A DNA stretch of 64,000 bases from an uncultured Acidobacteriota bacterium (GTDB lineage: Bacteria > Actinomycetota > Acidimicrobiia > Spongiisociales > ZC4RG35), in NCBI GenBank assembly GCA_963724825.1, contig CAVRWT010000003.1, forward strand, positions 183,807 to 247,806, written 5' to 3'. Shown in pieces: positions 1 to 8,869 of the stretch. Numbering within the stretch: position 1 is the stretch's first letter; the number at the start of each line of letters is the position of its first letter. The translations under genes and the position numbers were made by a program. Under the pieces are notes generated by a model that worked only from the letters and a program-made list of their open reading frames with translations, made no database searches and was not told where the DNA came from.

Positions 1-51
1 ACAGTGGTCTTACCCACTCCCCCTTTGCCAGTCACCAGCACGATTCGCATG

Positions 52-489
52 TCAGCTCGTCCCCGTGACTCTCTTGCGAAGCCCGCGAAGTGCAGTGGTC
101 ACGATCTGCTTCTCGGCCTGACGCATCAGGAAGCCGGGCATCGTGAACTTGAGACCCACCTTCAAACCGTATTGGACTTCGGTGACACCGTCATTCGCGG
201 TGAAGGTGTACGAGCCCTCCAGCATTTGGAGATCATCACTCTCCTCGGCGACCCAACTCAGCCGATTCGGCCGATCGTGGGTGTAGCGGAGGACGTATTC
301 GATTTCCTTGACGAAGACCTCGATTACGAAGCGGGCCCGGTCGACCCGGCCATCCGGCCCGCTCTCGAGGACCTCGACCTCCTTGACCCCCGTCGCCCAC
401 TCCGGATAGGAGGCGATGTCAGCGGCGGCGTCGTAGAGCACCTCAGGTGCGGCGTCTATCTCGAGCGTCTGGAAGGTTCCCTCGGCCAT
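52..489 (-). CDS. SRPBCC (START/polyketide-cyclase-like) family protein
   Basis: 145-aa ORF. Its length and fold-level sequence pattern are typical of small SRPBCC ligand-binding proteins. The overlapping + strand ORF 4..585 is antisense and spurious. Confidence 0.65.
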   Translation of the reverse strand: MAEGTFQTLEIDAAPEVLYDAAADIASYPEWATGVKEVEVLESGPDGRVDRARFVIEVFVKEIEYVLRYTHDRPNRLSWVAEESDDLQMLEGSYTFTANDGVTEVQYGLKVGLKFTMPGFLMRQAEKQIVTTALRGLRKRVTGTS

Positions 490-535
490 CTCTCCACGAT
501 CCTTGTCCAGGGAGCGAGACTAGCCAGATGCCGGG

Positions 536-1603
536 TTAGTCGCCCCGGGGCGAGTCGATGCGGAGAGGACGGCCCGTTGCCCTGAAATACCCGACGTTGC
601 GACACACGGTCGACCCGACCCGCCAGGTCGTGGCCTGAGGCTGGTGCACGTCACCGAACAGATGAAGACGGGGCTGTTCGCGCAGCAAATAGTCGAGGAT
701 CGGCGTCGAACCACGCTCGGCGCGTCCGGTGATGACGTCGGTGCGAAGGGGATGGACCGCCGCGGGGACATGGGTGCACAGGACGTCGACGTGCCCTATT
801 CGCTCGAGGAGCGAGGTCATCTCCTCGTCGGAAATCTCGCCTTCGGCTTGAAGTGGTGTCGGGGCTCCCCCGCCCACGAATCCGAACTCGAGGCCCTCGA
901 GCTCGACCACCCGGCCGTGGACGTACTCGAAGCCGCCGGGAAGGCTGGCCTGGAGACTTCGAGGGCGATCGACATTGCCGTGGATCACATAGCCGGTGCC
1001 GCCTTCGAGAGCGTTTCTGACGCCCTGATATTGCGCGTCGATCGCAGCGCCGATCTTCTCCCGGACCTCTTCGAACCTGCCCTCTGCGCTGTCGGCCCAG
1101 AGGTCTCGCATCCCCTGATAGTCCCCGGCGGCACGAGCTGCAGCCGTCGCCCGGGCGAAGTCGAGGCCGAGGACATCGGCGACAGCACCTTCTCCTGTGC
1201 GGTAGTCGGTCAGATTCACGAGATCGCCGAGGATCAGAATCGGCTCCCCCAAGCCGACCACCCTGCGCAAGGCGTCGAGAGCGAAATGAACGTCGGAAAT
1301 GACGAGAATCAACTGTCGGCCACCCCGGCGCCGTAGTACCCCCAGATTGCTCCACCGATGCCGCCCGTGACTGCGAGTAGCAACGCGACCACCCAGATCA
1401 AGCTCGAGTGGGGCGAACTCGGCGGACAGCCCGGCCATCCCCAACCCAACCAGTCCGCCGATCACGGCTCTGCCTGTCTTACCCAATCTCTTTTCCGGAT
1501 TGGCGTCGTCGCGGCCCAGGTTCTCTGCAAATGCGCCTCCGAGGACCACCACGAGAAGCCCGACCACACCAACTGCGAGTGAGACTGCGTACACCTTGAC
1601 CAT
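536..1603 (-). CDS. Metallophosphoesterase (calcineurin-like) with N-terminal hydrophobic extension; the catalytic domain may start internally (TTG near 1312)
   Basis: Motifs 'LILVISDVHF', 'ILGDLVN' and 'YVIHGNVD' match the phosphoesterase signature. The first ~75 aa are a TM-like segment that is in frame with no stop, so this may be one gene or two. Confidence 0.55.
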   Translation of the reverse strand: MVKVYAVSLAVGVVGLLVVVLGGAFAENLGRDDANPEKRLGKTGRAVIGGLVGLGMAGLSAEFAPLELDLGGRVATRSHGRHRWSNLGVLRRRGGRQLILVISDVHFALDALRRVVGLGEPILILGDLVNLTDYRTGEGAVADVLGLDFARATAAARAAGDYQGMRDLWADSAEGRFEEVREKIGAAIDAQYQGVRNALEGGTGYVIHGNVDRPRSLQASLPGGFEYVHGRVVELEGLEFGFVGGGAPTPLQAEGEISDEEMTSLLERIGHVDVLCTHVPAAVHPLRTDVITGRAERGSTPILDYLLREQPRLHLFGDVHQPQATTWRVGSTVCRNVGYFRATGRPLRIDSPRGD

Positions 1604-1659
1604 TCCCGGCGGAGGGTAACGGTCGCCACTCCATTTCCTTGATGCCTACTCCCGAGCGA

Positions 1660-1848
1660 TCAGCCGGTCTTGCGCTCCACCGGCACCAGGCGCAGCCGCG
1701 GGACCAGGCCCTCACCGGCAAGGTTGCGCAAGGCCTCGCTCTCCGACTCGTCGAGCTCGAGCGGTCCCTCGTCCAGAAGAAAGGTCACGACGCAGTCGTC
1801 GCAAGCACTGGTGTCCCGCATCGCACATTGCTGGCAATCGATGATCAT
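1660..1848 (-). CDS. Small hypothetical protein with two CxxC pairs (CQQC...CDDC), putative zinc-ribbon-like
   Basis: 62-aa ORF 'MIIDCQQCAMRDTSACDDCV...' lying in an intergenic gap between the metallophosphoesterase gene and opuAC. Confidence 0.3.
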   Translation of the reverse strand: MIIDCQQCAMRDTSACDDCVVTFLLDEGPLELDESESEALRNLAGEGLVPRLRLVPVERKTG

Positions 1849-1972
1849 CTCGACCTCCTGATGACAAGGTACGAGACGGGTGTGACAAGAAACCCGGGCG
1901 AAGGCCCGGGTTTCTGGTATCGCATATTGCGTTTGGCGTATTTGCTTAGTGCGATCTCCGTAGTTGCGCCGC

Positions 1973-2884
1973 TCAGCTCTCGATGAACCCGTTGTCTCTC
2001 AACCATTCCTCGGCCAGGAGGGCAGGATCCTCTTGATCGAGGTCAGCTCGCTTGTTCAACTCGGTCAAATCCTCGGTCGTCAATGCCTCCGAGTACGACT
2101 CGAGCAGAGCTACCAGGTCGTCGCCATACGCATCGACCACCTCGGTCCGGATTGCTGGCGCCAGATTGTCCGCTGGGTTGAGCCCCTTGTCATCCTCGAG
2201 CGACACCCAGCCATTGGCTGCGATTATTCCCTGAGTGCTGAACAGCAGTGCCACGTCGATGTCACCACCCTCGAGAGCGGCGATGGTGATCGGGCCTGCC
2301 GAGTCCAATGGGACGAACTCTGCGAACTCCAGCCCGTAGACATCCGTGAGGCCGATCAGGCAAAGAGGGCGCTCTGGGCACTCGGGTGGGCCGCCGAATC
2401 TGAGTTCACCGGCCACCGGCTGAAGGTCAGAGACGGTAGAAAGGCCCAGCTCGGACGCCGTCTCGGCGGTCACCACGTAGGCGTTCTTGTCCTGGGCCGG
2501 ACTGTACTGAAGCAGGGTCACGCCCAACTCCTCAAAGGCGGCTTTGGCGGCCTCCCACATCGCTGCGGAGTCAGCTGTCTGCTCGACGCCGAGAAAGCCT
2601 GCTAGCGACCCGATGTACTCGGGCACGAGATCGATCTCGCCGGACTCGAGGGCTGGTTTCACCACCTCGCGGTTGCCGAGGTTGAGTTTGCGCTCGACCT
2701 CATAACCGTTGGCTTCCAAACCTTGGGCATAGATCTCGGCCACGATCACCGATTCGTTGAAATTGAACGAGGCCACCTTGATTGGCTCGCCATCCACGGC
2801 GCCGTCACCCGATCCGCAGGCCGTGGCGACGAGCGCCAATGCCAGGACCGCCCCAACGGCGTTGGTGCGGAAGAATCTCCGCAT
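1973..2884 (-). CDS. Glycine betaine/proline ABC transporter substrate-binding lipoprotein (OpuAC/ProX-like)
   Basis: Lipoprotein signal 'LALALVATAC' followed by a 303-aa periplasmic-binding fold. It is the last gene of an opuA-type operon (ATPase-permease-permease-SBP). Confidence 0.75.
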   Translation of the reverse strand: MRRFFRTNAVGAVLALALVATACGSGDGAVDGEPIKVASFNFNESVIVAEIYAQGLEANGYEVERKLNLGNREVVKPALESGEIDLVPEYIGSLAGFLGVEQTADSAAMWEAAKAAFEELGVTLLQYSPAQDKNAYVVTAETASELGLSTVSDLQPVAGELRFGGPPECPERPLCLIGLTDVYGLEFAEFVPLDSAGPITIAALEGGDIDVALLFSTQGIIAANGWVSLEDDKGLNPADNLAPAIRTEVVDAYGDDLVALLESYSEALTTEDLTELNKRADLDQEDPALLAEEWLRDNGFIES

Positions 2885-2989
2885 GGGTCTCTCCTTCTAT
2901 TTGGTTACCAAACACAAGCGCCCAGTCGTTGGGTGACAACAACCGGGCGGCTGCGTCCACAAACCCTAAAAGCTCCCACACCATTCCCG

Positions 2990-3674
2990 TCATTGAGGAT
3001 CAGTGACGCCCCTGGGATGTGCGGACCGACCCAAACGCGATACACCCAACTCAGCCGCAATCGCGAGCAACCCGACCAGGACGGCGCCGACGATCAGTTC
3101 TCCGACGTCCTGTTGGGCAAATCCGTCGACGATGTATCGGCCGAGACCTCCCCACGCCACCAGGGCGCCCAGAGTGGCGGTGGCGATCACCTGCACCAGG
3201 CCAATCCTCACTCCTTCCAGGAGCAGCGGCATGGCGAGTGGGATCTCCACTCCGCGTAACACCCCGGTCTCGGTGAGGCCCATGCCCCGTGCCGCCTCGA
3301 CGGTCGCCGGCTCGACGCTCTGGATGCCGGCAATCGTGTTGGTGAACATGGGAGGTGCGGCGAGGGCAATCAAAGCCACGAGGACAGCCCACGGCTCGCC
3401 GACGCCAGCACCCATCTGCACGAGGATCAAGAACGATATGGCGAGGATGCCGAACGAGGGCACAGCCCGGCCGATGTTCACCACAGCAGTGGCTATATCT
3501 GATCCTTTGCGAATGTGCCCGAGCCAGAGTGCCAGCGGGAGCACCAGCAGCGCCAGCGACGATCACGGCCACCACCGAGATCCACACGTGCTCGGCCAGC
3601 CGAGTCCAGATCGAGTTTGGACCTGACCACGTGGACGGCTCGCTGAGAAACTCCTGAACCGAGTCCCACACCAT
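2990..3674 (-). pseudogene. ABC transporter permease (ProW/OpuAB-like), frameshifted near 3545-3565
   Basis: The N-terminus 'MVWDSVQEF...HVWISVVAVIVAGAAG' is in the frame of ORF 3051..3719. The remainder 'LPLALWLGHIRKG...' is ORF 2990..3544 in another frame. The ATG at 3674 overlaps the TGA of the upstream permease (TGATG). Confidence 0.65.
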
Positions 3675-4339
3675 CAACCCGCACTCCGCGACCAAGGCGT
3701 CAGCCACCGTTGCGCCCATACGAATCCGAGATCGAAGACCGTGGCCAACGCAACAGAGAGAGCGACGCCGACGATGATCTGGGTCCAGAAGAACGTATTG
3801 AGCCCGCGCAAGATGAAGTAGCCATAACCCCCCAGTCCGAGCACCGCGGTCACAGTGACCAGACCGACGGTGGTCACGGTTGCGATCCGAAGGCCAGCCA
3901 CGATCGCGGGCAGCGCGAGGGGGACTTCCATCTTCCAGAACCTCGCCCTTCGGGTGTAACCCATCCCGTCCGCCGCTTCGACAACGGATGACGGCACGCC
4001 ATCGATTCCGGCCACGGTGTTACGGATCAGTATCAGCAGCGTGTAGGAGGTCAGGGCGATTACAGCGTTGGACGCGTTGAGACCGACGATTGGTATCAGA
4101 AGCGCGAACAATGCCAGGGAGGGGATGGTGTAGAGAAGCCCCGTGATCCAAGTCATCGGTGCATATGTCCGCCTCCAACTGAGGGCGACGATGGAGAGGG
4201 CGAGGGAGAGGACCATTCCGATCCCAACCGACACCACAGTCAACGTGATGTGCTCCCAGGTGCGGTCCACGATCTGGTCCCAGTTGCGCACGACCCAGTC
4301 CCAGTCGAAAAGTGGGGCAGCCTCCTGGGCGAAGATCAT
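3674..4339 (-). CDS. ABC transporter permease (ProW/OpuAB-like)
   Basis: 221-aa polytopic membrane protein with a binding-protein-dependent permease signature, in operon context. Confidence 0.8.
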   Translation of the reverse strand: MIFAQEAAPLFDWDWVVRNWDQIVDRTWEHITLTVVSVGIGMVLSLALSIVALSWRRTYAPMTWITGLLYTIPSLALFALLIPIVGLNASNAVIALTSYTLLILIRNTVAGIDGVPSSVVEAADGMGYTRRARFWKMEVPLALPAIVAGLRIATVTTVGLVTVTAVLGLGGYGYFILRGLNTFFWTQIIVGVALSVALATVFDLGFVWAQRWLTPWSRSAG

Positions 4340-5452
4340 TCGGTGATCTCCTCGGCTATCGACTCGAGGTCCAACATCCCCCGGTAGACACCGTCGTCGA
4401 CCACCACCGCCACACGTGCATGACTGGTGACGACCGCGTCCAGCGCCGATCTGAGCGAGGAGTCACTGCGCAGGCTCACCAGGAACTCGTGCGGGGTCAG
4501 CTGAGCAAGCGGTCTCCCATCCACCTCTGCCCGGTCGACCCACCCCAGCAAATGGTCACCGGAAAGCAAACCCACCCAGGCGACTCCGTGCTCTTCCATG
4601 ACCTTGGTCGCCTCTTCGGGGGACCGTGTGACATCGATGACCGGGCCTCTGGTGATCTCCGCCCCGCTGATCGGATGCAGGGCAAGGCGCTTCAGACCCC
4701 GCTCACTCCCGATGAAGGACTCGACAAACGGGTTGGCCGGGCCTGGCCAGGATCCGCTCGGGGGTGTCGTACTGCTCGAGCACTCCCCCGACATTCAGGA
4801 TGGCGATCCTCGATCCCAACAGGATCGCCTCATCGATGTCGTGGGTGACGAAGACGACTGTCTTCGCCAGCCTGGACTGGAGGTCGACGAACTCCTTCTG
4901 CAGGTGGCCCCGGACGATGGGATCAACTGCGCCAAACGGCTCGTCCATGAGGAGGACGGGCGGGTCTGCCGCCAACGCCCGCGCCACTCCTACCCGCTGC
5001 TGCTGCCCTCCGGACAACTCTCCGGGGTACCGGCTGAGGAGGGACGGGTCCAGTCCAACCAGCTCGATCAGCTCGGCAACCCGGGCATCGACCCGTGGCT
5101 GGTCCCACCCAAGGAGACCGGGGACAGTCGCGATGTTCTGGCCGATCGTCCGGTGAGGAAAGAGCCCTACCTGCTGGATCACGTATCCGATCGAACGTCG
5201 AAGCTCGTGGGGCGGAATCGACATCACATCGCGCCCGTCGACCTCGATCCGTCCCGATGATGGCTCGACCAGACGGTTGATCATCTTGAGGGTCGTGGTC
5301 TTGCCACAACCGGATGGCCCGACCAGAGCCACCAACTCGCCCCGGCCGACCTCGAGGCTGAGATTGCTCACCGCTGCTGTCTGGGCGCCTGGAAACTCCT
5401 TGGCGACGTGCTCCAGCCGGATCATGGCTTCGGATGCGTCCTGGGCTCCCAC
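4336..5452 (-). pseudogene. Glycine betaine ABC transporter ATP-binding protein (OpuAA/ProV-like, C-terminal CBS pair), frameshifted near 4740
   Basis: ORF 4703..5452 carries Walker A 'GPSGCGKTT', 'LSGGQQQRV' and Walker B 'LLMDEPF', and ends '...ILARPGQPVCRVLHRE*'. ORF 4336..4794 in another frame continues '...PGPANPFVESFIG...' into the CBS domains. The junction is at a 'ggcccggcc' run. Confidence 0.75.
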
Positions 5453-5485
5453 GGTGGGTGAGACCCTACGTGCGGACCCGGTCGC

Positions 5486-6397
5486 TCACTCGAATTCTTG
5501 GATGAACCCCAGGACTTCCGAGATGTACTTCTGGGGATCGACGTCGTACGAGCCGACATGGTCGGCGCCATCGACCTGGATCAATTGCACCAGATCGGGC
5601 TGGGTCTCCTGGAGCTCGATGCTCTCGCTGATCGGGACCGTCAGATCCGCTGTCCCGTGATGAACGAGCGCCGATTGGCGCAACGAGTCGGCCGACTTCT
5701 CGACGTAGTCGACCGACTTCCAGTTGATCCCGATGCGGAGCGAGGTGAAGAACTGGGCCACTTTGCTGAGAGACGTCGGGACGTTGAACGGCAGGATCGG
5801 CAACTCTCGTTGCGAGGCGCGATAGTCGACCGTCGCGGCAAGGTCGATGTTGGGCGAGTCCAGGAGCACTCCGCTCACAGTGTCGAGGGACTGGTGGTAC
5901 ATGAACGAGAGGACATGGGCACCCCCTGTGGAGTATCCGTTGAGGATCACGCGCTCGGCCCCGTTGTCGAGGGCGTAGGTGACTGCGCCGGCAACGTCCT
6001 CCCACTCGGTGACTCCGTACTGGTAGTAGCCGGTCGGGTCGACTGGCTGGCCGTCATCGTTTCGATAGGTAATGGCCAGTTGCGGGTACCCGGCCTCCTG
6101 AAGCGGGGCGAACATCGGCTCTGCCTCGGCAGGTGTCGTGCCTTTGCCATGGACGTGGATGACCCAGGTGGTGCCGCTTGCAGGCAGATACCAGGCGTCC
6201 ATCGACCCGAGGGGCGAGGCATAGGCAACTTCTTCGAGCTGATAGCTGCCGGAAGGGACTACCAGAGGGTCGGCGTTGATCTCGAAACCATCCTCGATGA
6301 GCTGCCCTGAGAAGTACCAGCCGCCCACGACGTGGAAGACCACGGCAATGCCGATCAGGGTCCATACGACCCCCCAGAAAGTGATCCTGAGTTTCAC
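5486..6397 (-). CDS. Membrane-anchored alpha/beta hydrolase
   Basis: N-terminal TM segment followed by a 'GYSTGG' nucleophile-elbow-like motif; 303 aa. Confidence 0.55.
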   Translation of the reverse strand: MKLRITFWGVVWTLIGIAVVFHVVGGWYFSGQLIEDGFEINADPLVVPSGSYQLEEVAYASPLGSMDAWYLPASGTTWVIHVHGKGTTPAEAEPMFAPLQEAGYPQLAITYRNDDGQPVDPTGYYQYGVTEWEDVAGAVTYALDNGAERVILNGYSTGGAHVLSFMYHQSLDTVSGVLLDSPNIDLAATVDYRASQRELPILPFNVPTSLSKVAQFFTSLRIGINWKSVDYVEKSADSLRQSALVHHGTADLTVPISESIELQETQPDLVQLIQVDGADHVGSYDVDPQKYISEVLGFIQEFE

Positions 6398-6418
6398 GCC
6401 TGGTGATTCTGCCCGGAT

Positions 6419-7324
6419 TCAGGCCGCAGGCAATGACAAACCGCCAACGAGGTGCTCTTCGTGGTCGGTCACCGGTATCGGGTCCTCGCCGAAAGTGGGC
6501 TCCAGCTCCCGGGCTTCAGCAAGGGTTTCGTCGACCTTCGCCGACACCGCCTCCTCCATGATCGAGCCCACCACGGTGTCACCTGACTGCTCGAGCCGCT
6601 CTCGACGCACCAGCCCGATCAGCACGCCTTGATCGGCAACCGCCAACACCTTCTCGGTGTGGATGCGAAGCGTGTCGTTGGCCTGACGGAGCGGCCCCAC
6701 GAAGACCGGATCACCCATCCAACGGAAGACCCGCTCGGGGGCGCTGCGAACCATCACCGCCCCGGCCTGGGCCTTGCTTCTCAGGCGGGCGCCCGGTCCG
6801 AGCATCGAGCGTTGCAGCCATGACCCACCCGGAGCGCCGAGGACGAGGAGGGAGCCTTCATCGAGATCCTGGGCGAGGCTGCTGATGCCTTCCACGCCCA
6901 CCACCCGCCCCTTGAGTCGCGGGACGACGGCGGCGATGCGATCGAGGGTGAGCTGGGCGGCGGTCGGATCGTCGCCAGGGCCGGCGGCAGACACCATCTC
7001 GGCCTCGACTCCGAGGCTGGCTCCGACCAGAGCGGCAGTTTGGGCGGCGAGGATGGAGTGAGGGCCGCCGGCGACGGTTGCCACCACCCCGGTCACGTTC
7101 TCAGGCACGAAGGCGACCGGAACCGCGACATTGACCAGGTCGAAAGAGCCGGGGAGCTTTCGCGATACGAGCAGATCAGCGCGGTGGCTGATGCAGGCTT
7201 CGACGAGGTCGCCGGTAATGCGATTCGAGTGTGCACCGGCGAGGAGATCGGCCAACTCGGAGCACCCTTTGCCCCTGGTCCACACCACGGAGAACCCGCC
7301 TCCGGCTTGCCCACCGACCGTCAT
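6419..7324 (-). CDS. USP-like domain protein with C-terminal CBS domain (start inferred at 'MTVGGQAGGG')
   Basis: The motif 'LLVLGAPGGSWLQRSMLG' resembles the UspA C-terminal motif. The CBS-like tail is 'VLAVADQGVLIGLVRRERL'. The upstream 82 codons of ORF 6419..7570 look non-coding. Confidence 0.4.
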   Translation of the reverse strand: MTVGGQAGGGFSVVWTRGKGCSELADLLAGAHSNRITGDLVEACISHRADLLVSRKLPGSFDLVNVAVPVAFVPENVTGVVATVAGGPHSILAAQTAALVGASLGVEAEMVSAAGPGDDPTAAQLTLDRIAAVVPRLKGRVVGVEGISSLAQDLDEGSLLVLGAPGGSWLQRSMLGPGARLRSKAQAGAVMVRSAPERVFRWMGDPVFVGPLRQANDTLRIHTEKVLAVADQGVLIGLVRRERLEQSGDTVVGSIMEEAVSAKVDETLAEARELEPTFGEDPIPVTDHEEHLVGGLSLPAA

Positions 7325-7441
7325 TCGTCTCCCTCCATGATCCGCCCCGGCAACGGACTCGATCAACGATAAGCCCTTTGCCGGGCATTGTCCCCGACGC
7401 GCTCCCGACATCATCGTCGGCGTGAGTGACAAGATGGAGCG

Positions 7442-8038
7442 ATGGAGTTCAAAGAAGTGATCGCGGCACGCCGAATGGTGCGCAACTACCTCCCCGATCC
7501 GGTGGCAAAGGAGAGCTTGGACCGCATCGTGGATTCCGGGCTTCGGGCCCCGTCCGCAGGCTTCTCGCAAGGCCTCGGGTTTGTGGTGGTGACCGAGCCC
7601 GAGATGCGTCGGGCGATCGCGGAGCTTGCCGATGAGGCCGAATACGTGGCCAGTGGCTTCGATCCCTGGATCTCACGGGCCCCGGCTCACATCATCATCA
7701 CGGTCAGCGAAAAGGTCTACAGGGACCGGTACCGCGAGCCCGACAAACTCGGGCCGGACGGTGAGGAAATCGAGTGGCCGGTCCCATTTTGGTGGGTCGA
7801 TGCCGGAGCCGCGCTCATGGCGGTCCTCCTTGCGGCGGTAGACGAAGGGCTGGCGGCGGGCTTCTTGGGTGTGCACTCGCTCCCCGACCTCGCCACCCTT
7901 CTCCGGCTGCCACCGGACCACGTTCCGATCGGAGTGGTGACCGTTGGGGCCCCCGCGCCCGATCGCCGGTCGTCGAGCCTCAGTCGTGGCTGGAAGCGGC
8001 GAGACACGGTGGTTCATTCGGAAACCTGGAGCCAATGA
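7442..8038 (+). CDS. Nitroreductase family protein
   Basis: 198 aa beginning 'MEFKEVIAARRMVRNY...', the typical nitroreductase N-terminus; compact single-domain size. Confidence 0.7.
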   Translation: MEFKEVIAARRMVRNYLPDPVAKESLDRIVDSGLRAPSAGFSQGLGFVVVTEPEMRRAIAELADEAEYVASGFDPWISRAPAHIIITVSEKVYRDRYREPDKLGPDGEEIEWPVPFWWVDAGAALMAVLLAAVDEGLAAGFLGVHSLPDLATLLRLPPDHVPIGVVTVGAPAPDRRSSSLSRGWKRRDTVVHSETWSQ

Positions 8039-8811
8039 CTGAGACCGTCATCACCTCGGCGGCCAATCCGCGAATCAAGGCCCTGGTCGGATTGCGCGAT
8101 CGAGGGGCCCGCGACAGCCAGGGCCTATTCGTGGTGGAGGGGCCTCGCCTTCTCGATCGGGCCGTGGACGCCGGGCATCGACCGGTCGAGGTGTTCTACG
8201 ACCCGAATCGATTCGACCCCGGCCGGCTCTCCGAATCCGCCCTCATCGCCTGCTCGTCCGAGGTCCTCTCCCGTGCCTCGTATCGGGCCTCGGACGAGGG
8301 GGTAATCGCCGTGTTCCGCCAGTTCGATCTCGGCCTGAGCGGGCTTTCCCTCGAGGCGGTGCCCATGGTTCTGGTTGCGGAAGGCATCGAGAAGCCGGGG
8401 AATCTGGGTGCGATCTTGCGCACCGCTGACGCAGTCGGCGCCGACGCCGTGATCGTCGTCGATCCCGAGATCGATCCTTTCAACCCCAATGTCGTGCGGT
8501 CCTCGACAGGAGCACTATTCACGGTCCCCATCGCAGTGGCGGGTTTCGATGATGTCGTCGAGTGGCTTCGTGGGGCGGGGATCCGGCTCATCGGCGCGGA
8601 CCCAACCACAGACCGAGATCTCTGGTCGGTCGACCTCAGGGTGCCCTGTGCCCTCCTGATCGGATCCGAGCATGGCGGGCTCACGGACCGAGCCCGGGAG
8701 GCAGTAGATGTGTTGGTGTCGATCCCGATGCGGGGAGCGACCGATTCCTTGAACGCCTCGGTGACCATGGCCCTGCTCGCCTACGAAGCCCTCCGTCAGC
8801 GTCGGGCCTGA
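8035..8811 (+). CDS. TrmH/SpoU family RNA 2'-O-methyltransferase
   Basis: Starts at 'MTETVITSAANPRIK' inside ORF 7774..8811. SpoU motifs 'LVAEGIEKPGNLGAILRTADAVGA' and 'LLIGSEHGGL' are present. Confidence 0.8.
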   Translation: MTETVITSAANPRIKALVGLRDRGARDSQGLFVVEGPRLLDRAVDAGHRPVEVFYDPNRFDPGRLSESALIACSSEVLSRASYRASDEGVIAVFRQFDLGLSGLSLEAVPMVLVAEGIEKPGNLGAILRTADAVGADAVIVVDPEIDPFNPNVVRSSTGALFTVPIAVAGFDDVVEWLRGAGIRLIGADPTTDRDLWSVDLRVPCALLIGSEHGGLTDRAREAVDVLVSIPMRGATDSLNASVTMALLAYEALRQRRA

Positions 8812-8869
8812 GGTCACTCCCCCGTTCACTCCACCCTTGACATCGAACATATGTTCGAGTTAGCCTCGA

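Noticed and set aside
4-585. 193-aa + strand ORF
   Set aside because: Antisense to the SRPBCC gene. It has no recognisable motifs and its Arg/Pro-rich composition is typical of off-frame high-GC translation.
651-1355. 234-aa Arg-rich minus-strand ORF and 230-aa + ORF 644..1336
   Set aside because: Alternative frames of the metallophosphoesterase gene. The composition (RRRS..., poly-Arg) is non-protein-like.
4336-4794. Stand-alone 152-aa CBS-domain protein
   Set aside because: It is the frameshifted C-terminus of OpuAA. The sequence continues exactly where the ATPase ORF breaks ('...ARPG / PANPFVESFIG').
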